From: Tubulanus polymorphus
Lineage: Eukaryota > Animalia > Nemertea
Length of the DNA stretch: 64,000 bases
Direction of reading: 5' to 3'
Assembly: GCF_964204645.1 (NCBI RefSeq)
Contig: NC_134027.1
Coordinates: 18,686,560 to 18,750,559, forward strand
Below are positions 13,584 to 24,083 of this stretch, in pieces (the stretch's first letter is position 1; each line of letters begins with the position of its first letter). The notes beneath the pieces are model-generated. The model did not search any database and was not told where the DNA came from. It saw nothing but the letters and a program-made list of their open reading frames with translations. A program made the translations under genes and the position numbers.

Positions 13584-16500
13584 GCATCAAGAGTCCTATG
13601 ATATACCCTTGATATGAAGCTTTTAAAAGTTTATCAGCGACTCCTTTTGGAGTAAACCGAATAGCCCTTAAAATACCGAATCCACATGGCTTAACGGTCG
13701 GTGTCTATGCTCTGCGAGACAGTAGTAATAGATGTTTCACGACAAACGCACAATTTGAATATTTTTTATACTGTCTTTCACTCCTCTATCATATTACATA
13801 ACTGAGTAATTCTTACATTAGATTGCTTAATTACAGGCGGAGAGAGGTCAGATGGCATAAAAATCGACTGTGGCTGACTAAATGACGGGCGCAGATAAAG
13901 CTTTGAGGTTTCAAAAGATGTCGCCAAAATGCTTGTATCATCAGGGGTAGACAAATTATCCAAAGATAAATGAAAACTCCACCTTGTTGATCGTCAGTTG
14001 ATTTAGCTGTAATTATTTCGTCTGGATCAATCGACACATAGGCCTAATTCATTTCAAAATCTGTGTTCAGTAGAATTTCTTACAATAAGATAAGAATCTA
14101 TTTGTCTAATTTTTTACTAATGTATTCAGGAGTGAATTTTAATTGATCCCAAAACCAGAGAAAGCATTCTTCAACAAGAAAATTAACTTTAATAAATTAT
14201 TTGACGCCTGCGAAAAAATGTAGAATTTCTGGTATAAGCTAATGTGGAATTGCAAATTTGAAATCGAAGTTTTAAGAAATTTCGGGAATTATGAGATTTG
14301 GCGATTGGGTAGATGATACAGTCTTCGACTGGTCTAATTCAAAAAAAAAATTGTGAACTTGTGACTTCGATTCACTTTTGCCTCTAAGCTGGTCTGCAAC
14401 TTCATTGCCTCCATGGTTGAAGAAAGAGCTCTTCTGATGTCTGCTTCATCGTGACTTTGAGCATATCGTATAGCCAGCCAGCCCGGTCCTGGGGCCCGAT
14501 CTGGCTGTCACTTGATATCCTAGACTTGAGTCTGGGTTGAAGTAGACATTGTCATATAATTAACTTATTCATGTTATTCTGTATGAATTACCCGTGTGTC
14601 TTGTATTTTCTTATTTCAAAATTTGTAAATTTATTGATTTTTGGAATTTTATCCCGGAATTTCAGTGTAATAAGGATCAATAAAGTATTGAATTGAATTG
14701 TCACCTTATACACATGCCATCAGTGGACGCGGAGCCATATATGACAGCTATGCTATTATAAATTGCTAATCGCATGAAACCTGCATACGTCTAATATCGA
14801 ACATATTTTCTAAAACATTTGAATATTGAAATTATATGTTTACACGTTTTTATATAGACCGCTTGTAGCCGCCGATGAAATTCACGCCGGCCCAACTCAG
14901 ATCGTAGATAGCTTCGTCATTCCACTAGCATCCCCATGTCAGGGTCTGACCTTTATATCAGACTTCCAAATCGTGTATACATCCGCCATTTAACCGAATA
15001 ATCCGATTTACTTATCATTTCTATTTATCCCTGCCGCCCCTGATATAATCATACATCCTTTACTATTACAATACGTCTTCTCATGATATTCGATGCAATA
15101 TAACATTTCGACGTTCAAATAGAGGTCATTATATAATCCCAGGGAGCCATTCTACATCTTTATCAATAATATTTTGCCAAATAGCTTGTATGTGTACACA
15201 TAAACCTGTGACGTTTTGCACATCGATTTACGGTTGTCGTTTGTAAAATGACGCTGAATGGTTATCATTGTTTAGGTTTCATAATGGTAACGCTTTATAA
15301 GGCGTCAAAAAATCTAGAAAATCCTAGACTCATAATCAAATTCTGTGAAGTCATTTAAGGTATTTTGCTCAAATCAAGCAAGGGCTCAGGTGGCTAAAAT
15401 TCAATTACTCACTGTCCCATAATGCCGAGTACGACGGAGTTTACACACTGAAAAACGTTTAGACTGATCGGAAAATTCGCGTTTGCAAAGCTTGAAGATC
15501 GTTAGTTAGTTACCTAATCGTTGGTGGTAAGCTTTTTATAATCGGATGGGCTTATACCAACGTTAGGGATGACAAGGACCAAAACACGGTTGAAAAAAGT
15601 AACACTTCAAAAATATACTTTCTATTCACTTCAGTCCACAATTAATGGCTTAATTCACAAACTAACACAGGTACCTTTCGAAATAATCCAATTTTATGTA
15701 TGTTTCGAGTGATTAATCAACATTATTTTGAGAAATTAATTAATTTCTCCACAAATTTCGCCATTGGCCGCCATTTCTCTGTATTGCACATGTGGCATGA
15801 TAAGACAAGGGGACCCACAAGGATTTATATAAAACTTCCAAGACGAAACGACAATTTTTATTTTTGATGGTTTTCCAACTTTTATTTCAAGTCTTCGTGT
15901 TTTCCATAATAAATAATGAAATAATAAATTTCTGGTAAAAGAAAAATGTGAATAAGTGTTGATTTCTTAATTTTTTTAAATTTCGTCGTTTCGCTTTGTT
16001 AGTTTGTGCTGTTGTCCTGGCCTCAGTCCACAGGTGCCAGCACCTCCAGTAATTTTCAAAATGGCAGCTGTTGACTGGACGGAAATTTACTCTCACTTTA
16101 CGGCCGATTTGCACATGGATTAAGATCGTCAGGTGAGGTGTTATAGGTATCAGACAAACTACGAATCTGTTGTGCGTCGATTACAACAAAAATGAGACAG
16201 ATATCTTAAGAGACAATGAAATGCCAGGCAAATTACTCGTCAGTCAAATTGGCTGACGAAGATTTCATACAAAAATGACCTTCCCATTCCTGACTGTGGT
16301 TTGTGAAAATATCCGATCGTGAAACTAAACCACAGTCAGGTTACTGACTAGAAGATCGTATGGATTAACTAAACAACCGCAATATCCAAAAAATATAGAA
16401 TGTTTTGCGCATTTAAAGCCCTCGATCATCAAAATCGGTGAAGGATTTTGCGCGGAACTCAACGTTTTAAATTTCGAAAAATCGGCAAAAACCGGCGGCA

Positions 16501-17713
16501 TAGCATTTTCGGTCCAGGCGATTTCGGCCGTAATTTCGCGTTCAAAGACATATAATTCACGAACTATTCATCGGAAGTTAACGGGATTGGTTTCGTTAGA
16601 AGCAGGAATCTATTAGCTTTCATATCATGATCATTATCATGCCTGGATTATCAAAATCGGATGAGAAATAACAAAATAGTAAGCGACCGAAGTTGAGTTG
16701 TTTGTGAGCGTCGTTAGCCCCCTTGTTATTTACTATATACATTGGATTTTAATAACAGATTATCGTTTTTACATTACCTACAACTCTGATACGGGCCCCT
16801 ATGGTCCTCCTGGCACTAAAAGTCTTCAACATGATGAAGTTGGCCAGTAAGCGGTCAGACTAGAATAATAAGATTATCAAAAAAGTACGGTACCTGCCAT
16901 TCCAAATGTAATATTCTCATTCAGTGCTTCCTTCAAATCCTCAACAAACAACACTTGGTTTGAGCGTAAAATTCTTTATAATCGCGGTAATAATATCGAA
17001 GAACAAGGAATTTAGACTGGTTGCCTGTCCAATTCTAATTGACCGGTAACCAGTCTATAAGGAATAGACTGGTTGCCGGTCACTACCTTCAGTTAGAGAC
17101 CGGTTGATCCACAGGCACTCGCCGATGGGCTTGGGAAACAGTTGCTGGGGTTTTTGATAGTGTATTTGTGTTTTCACTCGTTATTCTGCAATAAACCCGA
17201 GAAAAATCCGTCTTGGTACATCTTCACCCGTCAAGGCTGTGCCCCGAACCCCTTGACCTCACGAGTCGTTTGAGTCGTTACTAGCCGACCAGAATCCGGT
17301 TGTACACATCACAGCGAGTAATTGGGAAAGTGGGCTTTCAGATCAGAGGTCGAAGGTCGAGACACCACTCATCACCACAAGTAATTTTTTCCCCTAATAG
17401 ATGGGGGAAAATGAACAACATGAAGCCTAAATTCCCTATTACTCTTAATAATTTCATATAAACATATGAACATATGAACATTATTTACATGAATTTCATT
17501 TATTTTAAAATCATTTATATGTTAATTACAAAAGTTACGAGTAATTAACGAGTTGATTAAAATTATATTTTTAAACATAAAAGTGACGAGTAATTAACGA
17601 GTTGATTAAAATTAGATTTTTAAACATAAAAGTGTGAGTAAAGTGTGAGTGAAATAAGTCATTTCATACTAGAACACGAGAGTACGAGACACAAGTATTT
17701 TTTTCTTATAAAA

Positions 17714-18337
17714 ATGAAGAACGAAGAACCCAACTTCAAAATCGAAATCAATGAACCCAATAAATCATTTTCACAGTTTAACATTAAAAATTATATTTCA
17801 GCAACAAATTTAGTGTCCGCAAGACATTATAAAATTGATAATATTACTGTAATTAATCAAATATTATTAAATGAAACATATTTAATTACTGAACTAATAG
17901 ATACTTTAGATAATGGCGCCAAAAATCCTAAAATATTTAATACAGTTTTAAATTATAAAGGTAATTTAGATGAAAACATAATAAATATTCTTAAGTGTCC
18001 TTTTAATGAAAGAGAAAGTGATATAATACTTTCAAAAGGTAATGATAGGATAGACTTAAGAATTGAAAAACGACAATTATATTATTATAATTTTGATAAT
18101 AAACAAATTATCTATAATGAAAATTCATCAAATATTGGAATTCAATGTGATTTAGATAATGAAAAATCAAATAAAGATGTTGCAGTTCAATGTAACTTAG
18201 ATAATGAAATTGTTACGCCTAAATATGAACCTAATGAAAAAGTGTTATGTGATTGTGGAAAATATTATACTCGAAGCAATAAATCCCACCATCTTAAATC
18301 AAAATATCATAACTCAAAATTAATAATTCAAATCTAA
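17714..18337 (+). CDS. Polinton-derived protein with LC8-like motifs and a C-terminal C2H2-type zinc finger (left arm)
   Basis: Intact ORF (track starts at GTG 17645; first ATG at 17714). Ends CDCGKYYTRSNKSHHLKSKYH; paralog of 23472-24083. Confidence 0.75.
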   Translation: MKNEEPNFKIEINEPNKSFSQFNIKNYISATNLVSARHYKIDNITVINQILLNETYLITELIDTLDNGAKNPKIFNTVLNYKGNLDENIINILKCPFNERESDIILSKGNDRIDLRIEKRQLYYYNFDNKQIIYNENSSNIGIQCDLDNEKSNKDVAVQCNLDNEIVTPKYEPNEKVLCDCGKYYTRSNKSHHLKSKYHNSKLIIQI

Positions 18338-18573
18338 AAATAAAAACAAATAACATAAGAAAAGACTTAACAACATTAAAACATCATTTTGATTTTAGCA
18401 ATTATCCCAAAGATCATGAACTATTTAGCAATGAAAATAAAAAGATTCCGGATTTAGAAAATAGTAAATCTTTTAAAGATATCGCAATTCAATGTGATTT
18501 AGAAAATGAATTCAAAAGATTTAATCCTAATGAAAAAATTCATTGTTATTGCGGAGGTAAATTTGACAGTTGA
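18334..18573 (+). pseudogene. Chimeric frame: pPolB fragment fused to a second, truncated LC8-motif/zinc-finger module
   Basis: Continuous frame LKIKTNNIRKDLTTLKHHFDFSNYPKDHELFSNENKKIPDLENSKSFKDIAIQCDLENEFKRFNPNEKIHCYCGGKFDS*; the first half matches pPolB at 39331-39450. Confidence 0.8.
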
Positions 18574-21172
18574 AATGATAAATTGTTTGACAGTTAAAAT
18601 GATAAATTGTTTGACAGTTGAAATGATAGATTGTTTGACAGTTGAAATGATAAATTGTTTGACAGTTGAAATGATAAATTGTTCGACTGTTAAAATGATA
18701 AATTGTTTGACAGTTGAAATGATAAATTGTTTGACAGCTGAAATGATAAATTGTTCGACTGTTAAAATGATAAATTGTTTGACAGATGAAATGATAAATT
18801 GTTTGACAGTTAAAATGATAAATTGTTTGACAGTTGAAATGATAAATTGTTTGACAGTTGAAATGATAAATTGTTTGAAAGTTGAAATGATAAATTGTTC
18901 GACTGTTGAAATGATTTGACAGTTGAAATGATAAATTGTTTGACAGTTGAAATGATAAATTGTTTGACAGTTGAAATGATAAATTGTTTGATTGTTGAAA
19001 TGATAAATTGTTTGACAGTTGAAATGATAAATTGTTTGACAGTTGAAATGATAAAGTGTTTGACAGTTGAAATGATAAGACAGCTGAAATGATAAATTGT
19101 TCGACTGGTAAAATGATAAATTGTTTGACAGTTGAAATGATAAATTGTTTGACAGTTGAAATGATAAATTGTTTGACAGTTGAAATGATAAATTGTTTGA
19201 CAGTTGAAATGATAAATTGTTCGACTGTTGAAATGATAAGACAGTTGAAATGATAAATTGCTTGACAGTTAAAATGCTAAATTGTTTGACAGTTGAAATG
19301 CTAAATTGTTTGACAGTTGAAATGATAAATTGTTCGACTGTTAAAATGATAAATTGTTTGACAGATGAAATGATAAATTGTTTGACAGTTAAAATGATAA
19401 ATTGTTTGACAGTTGAAATGATAAATTGTTTGACAGTTGAAATGATAAATTGTTTGAAAGTTGAAATGATAAATTGTTCGACTGTTGAAATGATTTGACA
19501 GTTGAAATGATAAATTGTTTGACAGTTGAAATGATAAATTGTTTGACAGTTGAAATGATAAATTGTTTGATTGTTGAAATGATAAATTGTTTGACAGTTG
19601 AAATGATAAATTGTTTGACAGTTGAAATGATAAAGTGTTTGACAGTTGAAATGATAAGACAGCTGAAATGATAAATTGTTCGACTGGTAAAATGATAAAT
19701 TGTTTGACAGTTGAAATGATAAATTGTTTGACAGTTGAAATGATAAATTGTTTGACAGTTGAAATGATAAATTGTTTGACAGTTGAAATGATAAATTGTT
19801 CGACTGTTGAAATGATAAGACAGTTGAAATGATAAATTGCTTGACAGTTAAAATGCTAAATTGTTTGACAGTTGAAATGCTAAATTGTTTGACAGTTGAA
19901 ATGATAAATTGTACGACTGTTGAAATGATAAATTGTTCGACTGTTGAAATGATAAATTGTTTGACAGTTGAAATGATAAATTGTTTGACAGTTAAAATGA
20001 TAAATTGTTTGACAGTTGAAATGATAAATTGTTCGACTGTGGAAATGATAAATTGTTTGACATTTGAAATGATAAATTGTTTGACAGCTGAAATGATAAA
20101 TTGTTCGACTGTTGAATTGTTTGACAGTTGAAATGATAAATTGTCCGACTGTTGAAATGATAAATTGTCCGACTGTTGAAATGATAATTTGTTTGACAGT
20201 TGAAATGATAAATTGTTCGACTGTTGAAATGATAAGACAGTTGAAATGATAAATTGTTTGACAGTTAAAATGCTAAATTGTTTGACAGTTGAAATGCTAA
20301 ATTGTTTGACAGTTGAAATGCTAAATTGTTTGACAGTTGAAATGATAAATTGTACGACTGTTGAAATGATAAATTGTTCGACTGTTGAAATGATAAATTG
20401 TTTGACAGTTGAAATGATAAATTGTTTGACAGTTAAAATGATAAATTGTTTGACAGTTGAAATGATAAATTGTTCGACTGTGGAAATGATAAATTGTTTG
20501 ACATTTGAAATGATAAATTGTTTGACAGCTGAAATGATAAATTGTTCGACTGTTGAATTGTTTGACAGTTGAAATGATAAATTGTCCGACTGTTGAAATG
20601 ATAAATTGTCCGACTGTTGAAATGATAATTTGTTTGACAGTTGAAATGATAAATTGTTCGACTGTTGAAATGATAAGACAGTTGAAATGATAAATTGTTT
20701 GACAGTTAAAATGCTAAATTGTTTGACAGTTGAAATGCTAAATTGTTTGACAGTTGAAATGCTAAATTGTTTGACAGTTGAAATGATAAATTGTACGACT
20801 GTTGAAATGATAAATTGTTCGACTGTTGAAATGATAAATTGTTTGACAGTTGAAATGATAAATTGTTTGACAGTTAAAATGATAAATTGTTTGACAGTTG
20901 AAATGATAAATTGTTCGACTGTGGAAATGATAAATTGTTTGACATTTGAAATGATAAATTGTTTGACAGCTGAAATGATAAATTGTTCGACTGTTGAATT
21001 GTTTGACAGTTGAAATGATAAATTGTCCGACTGTTGAAATGATAAATTGTCCGACTGTTGAAATGATAAATTGTTTGACAGTTGAAATGATAAATTGTTC
21101 GACTGTTGAAATGATAAGACAGTTGAAATGATAAATTGTTTGACAGTTGAAATGATAAATTGTTTAGCTGTA
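18559..21172 (+). repeat. 24-bp tandem array A (AAATTGTTTGACAGTTGAAATGAT)n, roughly 110 units
   Basis: Directly visible. Includes 17-bp deletion units and higher-order repeats of 579 bp (x2) and 441 bp (x3). Confidence 0.98.
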
Positions 21173-21288
21173 AATTTTATTGTTATTTGATTTAATCATT
21201 TAAAAGTTTAATATTTTAAAAATGATTATAAAATATTTAATTAAAACAAGCAAATGTTTATAAATTTTCTAATTTCTTTCTTAAATAA

Positions 21289-21507
21289 ATGGATGGTTTC
21301 ATTCCAACTGGGAAAAGTGATTTAAAACATTATTTAGTTGCTGGAGGTTTAATTTTAGCTGCGCTTTACTTTTATTATGAAAATATTTCAAAAGATTTAA
21401 TAAATGAAAATAATAAATTAAGCAAGAAATTAAAGAATTTAAATACTAAAAATGGAAATACTCATAAAAACGGTAATAATCACAAGAAAGTTGTTGAATC
21501 AGATTAA
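21289..21507 (+). CDS. Small predicted single-pass membrane protein (72 aa)
   Basis: TAAATG start as in the Polinton genes; hydrophobic YLVAGGLILAALYFYY followed by a basic coiled-coil-like tail. Confidence 0.55.
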   Translation: MDGFIPTGKSDLKHYLVAGGLILAALYFYYENISKDLINENNKLSKKLKNLNTKNGNTHKNGNNHKKVVESD

Positions 21508-21565
21508 ATAGTGAATTAATCTATTAAAATCTTTTTCTAATTAAATGAGTTAAAATATATTAAAT

Positions 21566-21829
21566 TTGTTAAATCTTATTTACAGAAATCAAGAGAAAAT
21601 GAAATTAATTATGATGATTTCAGGGTTACTTTCATTTTCAGTTTATGGTTTGAAACAATTGTTTCATTTTTATGATGATTGTAAAATAAAATATATTGAA
21701 TTGAAAAATAATATCAATTGCATTTCAGATAGAATGAATAATATTAAAAGATGCGAAATTTGTAGTAAAAATACAAGACGGAAAAAGGATTTAGAAATCA
21801 TAAAATTGGGCATAAATTGGAATGATTAA
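21566..21829 (+). CDS. Small hypothetical protein with an N-terminal hydrophobic segment and CxxC
   Basis: 87-aa ORF (ATG also at 21599); LIMMISGLLSFSVYGL and CEIC. Confidence 0.45.
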   Translation: MLNLIYRNQEKMKLIMMISGLLSFSVYGLKQLFHFYDDCKIKYIELKNNINCISDRMNNIKRCEICSKNTRRKKDLEIIKLGINWND

Positions 21830-21926
21830 ATAACAAATTAAAGTAAAGAATTTAAAAAAAATCTCATTTATTGTGTAAAACTGAAATACTTTGAACTACG
21901 CCTAAAATTAAACTAAAATAGACAAC

Positions 21927-22150
21927 TTTGTTAATCTAATGAAATTTTAGTTATATTTTAGTTGAATTGTAACTAAAGTTAGTTGCAACTAACTTCAACT
22001 AGAATTTAACTAGAATTGAATAAAAATTTAAAAAGATTAACAAGACAGTTGATTTAGTGTATTTTTAGTCAATTCTAGTTAAATTCTAGTTGAAGTTACT
22101 TTAATTAAATTCAACTAAAATATAACTAAAATTTCATTAGATTAACAAAA
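21927..22150. terminator. ~220-bp imperfect hairpin at the convergence point of the 7.3-kb element
   Basis: TTTGTTAATCTAATGAAATTTTAGTTATATTTTAGTTGAATT pairs with AATTCAACTAAAATATAACTAAAATTTCATTAGATTAACAAA, with a second inner stem of ~30 bp. The terminator role is inference. Confidence 0.6.
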
Positions 22151-22202
22151 ATTTTTAAAACATTAAACTTTTAAATGATTAAATCAAATAACAATAAAAT
22201 TT

Positions 22203-23391
22203 ACAGCTAAACAATTTATCATTTCAACTGTCAAACAATTTATCATTTCAACTGTCGAACAATTTATCATTTCAACTGTCAAACAATTTATCATTTCAAC
22301 TGTCAAACAATTTATCATTTCAACTGTCGAACAATTTATCATTTCAACTGTCAAACAATTTATCATTTCAACTGCCGAACAATTTATCATTTCAACTGCC
22401 GAACAATTTATCATTTCCACAGTCGAACAATTTATCATTTCAACTGCCGAACAATTTATTATTTCAACAGTCGAACAATTTATCATTTCAACTGCCGAAC
22501 AATTTATTATTTCAACAGTCGAACAATTTATCATTTCAACTGTCAAACAATTTATCATTTCAACTGTCAAACAATTTATCATTTCAACTGTCAAACAATT
22601 TATCATTTCAACTGTCAAACAATTTATCATTTCAACTGTCAAACAATTTATCATTTCAACTGTCAAACAATTTATCATTTCAACTGCCGAACAATTTATC
22701 ATTTCAACTGCCGAACAATTTATCATTTCCACAGTCGAACAATTTATCATTTCAACTGCCGAACAATTTATTATTTCAACAGTCGAACAATTTATCATTT
22801 CAACTGCCGAACAATTTATTATTTCAACAGTCGAACAATTTATCATTTCAACTGTCAAACAATTTATCATTTCAACTGTCAAACAATTTATCATTTCAAC
22901 TGTCAAACAATTTAACATTTCAACAGTCGAACAATTTATCATTTCAACTGTCAAACAATTTATCATTTCAACTGTTAAACAATTCATCATTTCAACTGTC
23001 AAACAATTTATCATTTCAACTGTCAAACAATTTATCATTTCAACTGTTAAACAATTTATCATTTCAACTGTCAAACAATTTATCATTTCAACTGTCAAAC
23101 AATTTATCATTTCAACTGCCAAACAATTTATCATTTCAACTGTCAAACAATTTATCATTTCAACTGCCAAACAATTTATCATTTCAACTGTCAAACAATT
23201 TATCATTTCAACTATCAAACAATTTATCATTTTAACTGTCAAACAATTTATCATTTTAACTGTCAAACAATTTAACATTTCAACTGTGAAACAATTTAAC
23301 ATTTCAACTGTCAAACAATTTATCATTTCAACTGTCAAACAATTTATCATTTCAACTGTCAAACAATTTATCATTTCATGCTAAACAATTC
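22203..23391 (-). repeat. 24-bp tandem array B, inverted relative to array A, about 49 units
   Basis: (ATCATTTCAACTGTCAAACAATTT)n with no indels; 312-bp (13-unit) higher-order repeat; gives a 396-aa MINCLTVE frame. Confidence 0.98.
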
Positions 23392-23471
23392 ATGATCTTT
23401 AGGATAGTTACTGAAATCAAAATGATGTTTTAATGTTTTTAAATCATCGGTTATGTTATTAGTTTTTATCT

Positions 23472-24083
23472 TTAATATGTGTTATGATATTTTGATTTAA
23501 GATGGTGTGATTTATTGCTTCGAGTATAATATTTTCCACAATTACATAAAACGCTTTCATTAGGATTATATTTAGGCGCAACAATTTCATTATCTAAATT
23601 ACATTGAATTCCAACATCTTTATATGATTTTTCATTTGGAATGTCAGGGATAAATCTCTTTTCTTGTAATCTGAAAAACATAACATAGCATTCTCTGAAT
23701 GGGCAATAACGTAAGTGTAAAAATAATGTTTTATGATTTAATAATGTACTTTCATCATTAAAAAGTGATTGCATTTTTTCTGTAATTATTAAATGTTTAT
23801 CTATTCCATCAAATGTTGTGAATTTTGGAATTATTGTATTGAATAAGATTTTATCTTTATCATTCGATAACTCTATTATCAGATAGTGATTTTTAAACAC
23901 TAATTCAGTAATATTTTTCACTTGAAAACGAAGACGCGCAGTTTTAATCAAATCTTTAATAGGAATGAAATTTTTAATTGTAAAATATTTTTCTAATTCA
24001 TTTAAATCGATATCTTTGAACTGTAGTATCTGTTCATTCATATTTATAAGTAATTTTGTTATTAAAATTGATATTTTCATCAA
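23472..24083 (-). CDS. Polinton-derived protein with LC8-like motif and C-terminal zinc finger (right arm)
   Basis: 203-aa ORF ending KDVGIQCNLDNE...CNCGKYYTRSNKSHHLKSKYH; contains a 26-nt exact match to pPolB. Confidence 0.75.
   Translation of the reverse strand: MMKISILITKLLINMNEQILQFKDIDLNELEKYFTIKNFIPIKDLIKTARLRFQVKNITELVFKNHYLIIELSNDKDKILFNTIIPKFTTFDGIDKHLIITEKMQSLFNDESTLLNHKTLFLHLRYCPFRECYVMFFRLQEKRFIPDIPNEKSYKDVGIQCNLDNEIVAPKYNPNESVLCNCGKYYTRSNKSHHLKSKYHNTY

Noticed and set aside
13770-14420. Possible degraded coding sequence on the minus strand
   Set aside because: Many stops and no recognisable motif, so it cannot be assigned.
18506-21013. Five MINCLTVE ORFs in array A as genes
   Set aside because: They are by-products of a 24-bp unit and are broken by 17-bp units.
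18559-23391. 24-bp arrays as a CRISPR-like array
   Set aside because: Units are head-to-tail with no unique spacers, there are no cas genes and the context is eukaryotic.
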